Positions 59,801 to 64,000 of a stretch of DNA of 64,000 nt are shown here, one piece after another. The notes beneath the pieces are model-generated. The model was given only the letters and a program-made list of their open reading frames with translations. It was not told the DNA's origin and made no database searches. Position 1 is the first letter of the stretch, and each line of letters begins with the position of its first letter. Source of the DNA: Dimorphilus gyrociliatus (taxonomy: Eukaryota > Animalia > Annelida). The stretch lies in assembly GCA_904063045.1 (NCBI GenBank), contig CAJFCJ010000038.1:38315-102314 (forward strand), read 5' to 3'. The translations under genes were made by a program, and so were the position numbers.

Positions 59801-62800
59801 TTATATTGAGTACTCAGGCAAGAGGAATAATGCATAGAGTGCTTAAAGTATGGAGAACATCTGCAAAATATTTAGGAATTTTAGTAAAATTCGCCAATCC
59901 TCTAGATATTTTTAAATACGCTCATAGCCGTTTCGAATCGAATGATAACATCATACAAAATCCAAAATCAATAGATAATTCTCCAACGGAAGAGGAAATG
60001 GATGAATTTCTCCAATCAAATCAAACATATCTGGAATTAGATTCAATGACAAACATTCTGAAATGTACAGGTGATGAATACAAATATAATGAAGAAACAA
60101 TTTGGTCCTATAATATCCTGACTAAATCCACTAATCCCAGTCTTGTGAAAGATCAATTGCTATTGGTCAGTAAACCGCAAGGATATTTAGAACAAGTTAC
60201 AAAGTTTAGAAGGAGTGACGCTGATGTTTTTATCGAAACTAAATTGTACGAATGCTCTCAAGGACTAAGCACAAATGATGTAAATCGTTTAGATTCTATA
60301 ATTGATATTGAACCAGAAATGGAATGCGATACTGGTGATAGTATGAACGGTCTACATTATAAACAAAGGGATAATTTTAAGAAAGTATTAACAATTGGAG
60401 ATTTAGTTGTTGGAAGAAGTGCTCTACCATCTTTAGGTTTTGTATTAGAATTGAAATCATTAAGGAATGGTTGGAGGCAAATTGAAGTTTTAGATCTTGG
60501 ATCAATATCGGCCAATTTAAATTCGTTCGACTACAATAGATCCAATTTAACAAAAGTTGTTAGAAAGAAAAGATCAATGTTCACAAAGGGATTAAGTAAG
60601 AGATTATCTTCCGGTTTCTCTATAAGTGTTAAAGTGAGTATATTTTTAACAAAAAATACATTGAGATGAGTTTATTCAATCTTCCCTCTCTATTCCAGGG
60701 AGGCGGAGGAAGTGTTCAAGTATCTGGAAAATTAAGTCTATCAGCCGCAATAAATTTCGAATTGAAGATATCTCATCAAGATTTTGCTGTTGAGAGGGCA
60801 AAACTCACTGCAGATGGACGATTTACAATTAACAGCAACATTCAAGCATCGTTTAACGGAGAGTATACCAGTTCTTTGTATGAGAAAGTTTCAACAATAA
60901 TTCGAAGAAGGAATATACCAATATCTATTCCAATTTATTTGATACCTGTACCTGGAAAAATAGGAATAGGACCTTTCAAAGTTGGTCCAGTCACTGGTAG
61001 CGTTGCGGCTAAAGCAGATTTTTCAGGAAATACCAACAACTATATAGGATATAACGCAGGCGTGCGTTATAATCGAGGATTAGGTGCTAATAAAATTGGT
61101 AGAGGAGCTTATAAAGGTTCAGGAGGAGGTGGTCTTGGTGGAAGTTGGTCAGCAGCTACCTCTATCACTGTAGGAACATCGGGAGCTGTAAAATTTACCT
61201 GGCCTAGTGTAGGCTTAGGTGAAAAATTGAATTTAATTCGAAAGATTTATAAAAAGATCAAAGGAAATAGGGGAAGAAGAAGAAGAAGAAGAGGAATTGT
61301 CAAATCATTATTAGGGAAACTGCAAAGTATTCCACTAAAATCATTTTTCATTAGGTTTTTTACTTTTTTTTTATTTTTAAGAAACAAAATTTGATTTTAA
61401 ATTCAAATTATCTTTGGAAAGTTCAATTGAATTGCAATTAAATCAAGATATCGTATTTCGTCTAGGATTTTGTGATACTACTCATTGCACTGATCCAGAT
61501 ACTCCAAATAGTGCTGGTGTTTACTTTGGAAATTCAAATCTAATTGGAACTTATAGTCTTCTTTTTATTCAACTTTCATCAAACACACCAATTTCAACTG
61601 GTTTATCTCCAATTTTCAAGTGAACTTTTTAAATCTAAAAAAAAAAGAGAGATATTGATGATGACAAATTGATTTGGTTTTTTTTTTCAGACACTGTTTC
61701 AGCCTACCAAAGGATTGGAAGATTTCGCAAAAGTGTTGTATTTGTAAAAAGGAGAATGGAAAATATGGAATGGGTATTCCTTCTGAAAAATATAAAGCTT
61801 GCTTATGTCCTTGCATCTGCAAAGGAGAGAAGAAAGAAAGCAGTTGGAAGTTGCCTGATAAAGAGTGCTCTTGTTGCCAGGATGGATCTAGGAAACCATT
61901 GGATAAACCAGATTTTAAGTGTCCTTGCAAATGTCCTGATAAAAGTGAATCGATAATGGAAAAAGATGGCTGCAAGTGTCCAAAATGTGATAAATGTCCT
62001 GATGGATCAATTGTTTCTCGAGCACCTGATGGATCTTGTCCTTGTAAGAACAACTGTGGTGTCAACTCCGTATGTACGCCTCAAAGAAAGGGGCGTAATT
62101 GTGATCAACCATTCTGTCCACCTGATAACACTTGTAGTGGTAGAGGCGTATGTAAAGCATCTGGAAAGTGTGGAGCAAGCTGCATTTGTAATAGACGCTT
62201 TACAGGACAGTCTTGTGAAAGAATGTTACCCAGAGCTATGTGGGGAGATCCTCACTTGGAAACATTTGATGGTAGATCATTTGATTACTTTGGTATTGGA
62301 CAATTTTGGGGATGTAAATCCAGATCTTTGGCATACCAATATAGATTTTTTGGATACAAAGGAACATCATTCATAGGTCAAATGGCTATAAAAGTTGGTC
62401 AGATATCAGTGTTAACTATAACAACCAATGGAAAAAGTTCACCAAATGATTTACCAACTTTAAGGTTAGATGGAAATATTCAAATCGATTTGGAAAATGA
62501 TAAGAATCTATTGTTCGATAATGAAACAATTCGTATGGATATATCATCTACTTTGAAATCCAATGGTGATGATAATCCAACTGTTCTATTAGTATCAATT
62601 AACTATGCCCATGGTGAATCCCTGCTTGTTGCAGCATCATTTAGTCCTAAAATGAAACGTCAATATTTAAGTGTAACAGTTGGTCCTATTGTAAAACTTT
62701 TCAATAGAACATCTGGTTTATGCGGTTTTATGAATGATGATCCTTCCGATGATTTAATGGGACCGGATGGTACAAATTATACATCTTTTATCGAATTTAC

Positions 62801-64000
62801 AGAATCATGGAGGATACCATTGACTATAAGAGATGATGGAGGTTTAGCCAATTCATGGTCCAGTTCATTATCCAATTTTCACAAAGACGATTCTATAGAT
62901 CAATCTTACAACGATCCTACTCACAAACCACTCTATTCTATTAAAGATTTTCCCAAAGAACGAGTAACTAAAGCAAAAGAGATTTGTTCAATTGGAAAAA
63001 GCAGTCAAATTGTACAAGATCAATGTATTACTGATATTGTTATGACTAATGATGAAAGTTTAGGTAAACAAATTAGTTTACAATCGACACTTTGCCCAAA
63101 TCAATGTTCTCATAGAGGAAATTGTGTAAATGGAACTTGTATTTGTATTAAAGATTGGTCTGGATTGAGCTGTGATTATGGAAAGTGTGGAAAATGTGAT
63201 AATGGCAATTGTTTAGATGGATTTTGTAAATGCGAACCTGGATTTATAGGAAGTTCTTGCAATGAGACTGCAGAATGCAAAGGAAACTGCTCATCAAATG
63301 GTAAATGTATTGACACGAATGTTTGCAAATGTAACGATGGTTGGATATCGGCCAATTGTTCAGAGGAAGCTATATGCAATGAAGGATGCTCAAATAGAGG
63401 AGTCTGCATCGATCACAATGTTTGTAAATGTAATATTGGCTTTGGTGGAAAGAATTGTTCAATCTACACTTGTGAAAATTGGAATAAATGCTCTGGAAAT
63501 GGTTTGTGTGTTGAGCCTGGAAATTGTGCTTGCTTTAAAGGTTGGAAAGGTTTGTCATGTTCACAACCAATTTGTAGAGATGATTGTTCCTCCAATGGAG
63601 AGTGTATTCAGCCTGATGTTTGCAAATGTTACAAAGGGTTTGTGGGTGATTTTTGCAGTGAAGTAATAGCTTGTCCAAAGCAGAATAACTGTTATGGAAA
63701 TGGAATTTGTATTGGAGATGATCAGTGTACTTGTGACATTGGTTATAAATCTGAAAATTGCTCACAACCAGTGTGTGATAACAGCTGTGAACCAAATGGA
63801 GTTTGTGATTCACCGAATAGATGCAAATGTAAAAATGGCTTTGCAGGAGATGATTGTTCATTATTCTCATGTGAGAAATTGTCATTTTGTTCAGGTCATG
63901 GCAAATGCCAACAATTTGATAATTGTTTGTGCGATGAAAACTGGTATGGAGATTCTTGTAATATTCCAGGTTGTAGCGGCGTTGCGGATTGTTCAAAGAA
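50856..64000 (+). CDS. Giant multi-exon secreted protein, Bark-beetle/Anakonda-like (repeated beta-helix, SRCR, CUB modules) plus MAM, C-type lectin, EGF, PSI, Cys-Pro-Cys repeats, VWD and EGF array; 3'-incomplete
   Basis: Signal peptide MIKNYYHFFLLFILQFNIFFSFS. Large exons in ORFs 52504-56436, 56521-57234, 57451-60669 and 60666-61394. Motifs: NFWG/NWW after beta-helices, LCKHFGY / ICLSLGY / ICSYFGY (SRCR), YCDFEESFCTW (MAM), CPVAWKFISSGCFY (CTL), SCDQCTLKKGCGWC (PSI), GDPHLETFDG (VWD). Confidence 0.88.
61691..64000 (+). CDS. Large exon of the giant gene missing from the ORF track (frame runs off the window)
   Basis: After acceptor ttttcag, the frame starting at 61692 reads HCFSLPKDW...CPCKCPDKSESIMEKDGCKCPKCDKCPDGS...MWGDPHLETFDG. 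Hand-translated without stops to about 62260; the VWD/EGF pattern continues to the window end. Confidence 0.85.

Overview
AT-rich eukaryotic (metazoan invertebrate) genomic DNA: standard code, very short GT-AG introns (about 50-70 nt). The organism cannot be determined from sequence alone; a compact-genome lophotrochozoan is an inference. The window has two domains. (A) 1-50 kb is a CpG-depleted accessory region. It holds three intact intronless RNI-type LRR ORFs (one with a ZYG11/ZER1-like BC-box head), five LRR relics and a NACHT relic, a RING-B-box-coiled-coil gene ending in a CaaX motif, an 11-exon GPI-anchored furin-repeat plus Ly6/uPAR surface protein with two broken paralogs, and PAN/trefoil, GDPHF-domain and actin pseudogenes. 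It also holds Tc1 and BEL/Pao relics, MITEs, a thrice-repeated TATA-exon-donor cassette, and three full-length, intron-containing FLYWCH-MULE DNA transposons (two with an N-terminal PHD-type finger) with 9-bp TSDs and tandem-repeat TIRs; the one at 40261-42990 looks intact. (B) From about 50.4 kb to the end is one CpG-retaining giant multi-exon gene for a Bark-beetle/Anakonda-like secreted protein with MAM, C-type lectin, EGF, PSI, VWD and EGF-array domains, running off the window. No rRNA, tRNA or CRISPR array was recognised. All exon and TIR coordinates were read by hand; fragment boundaries are approximate.
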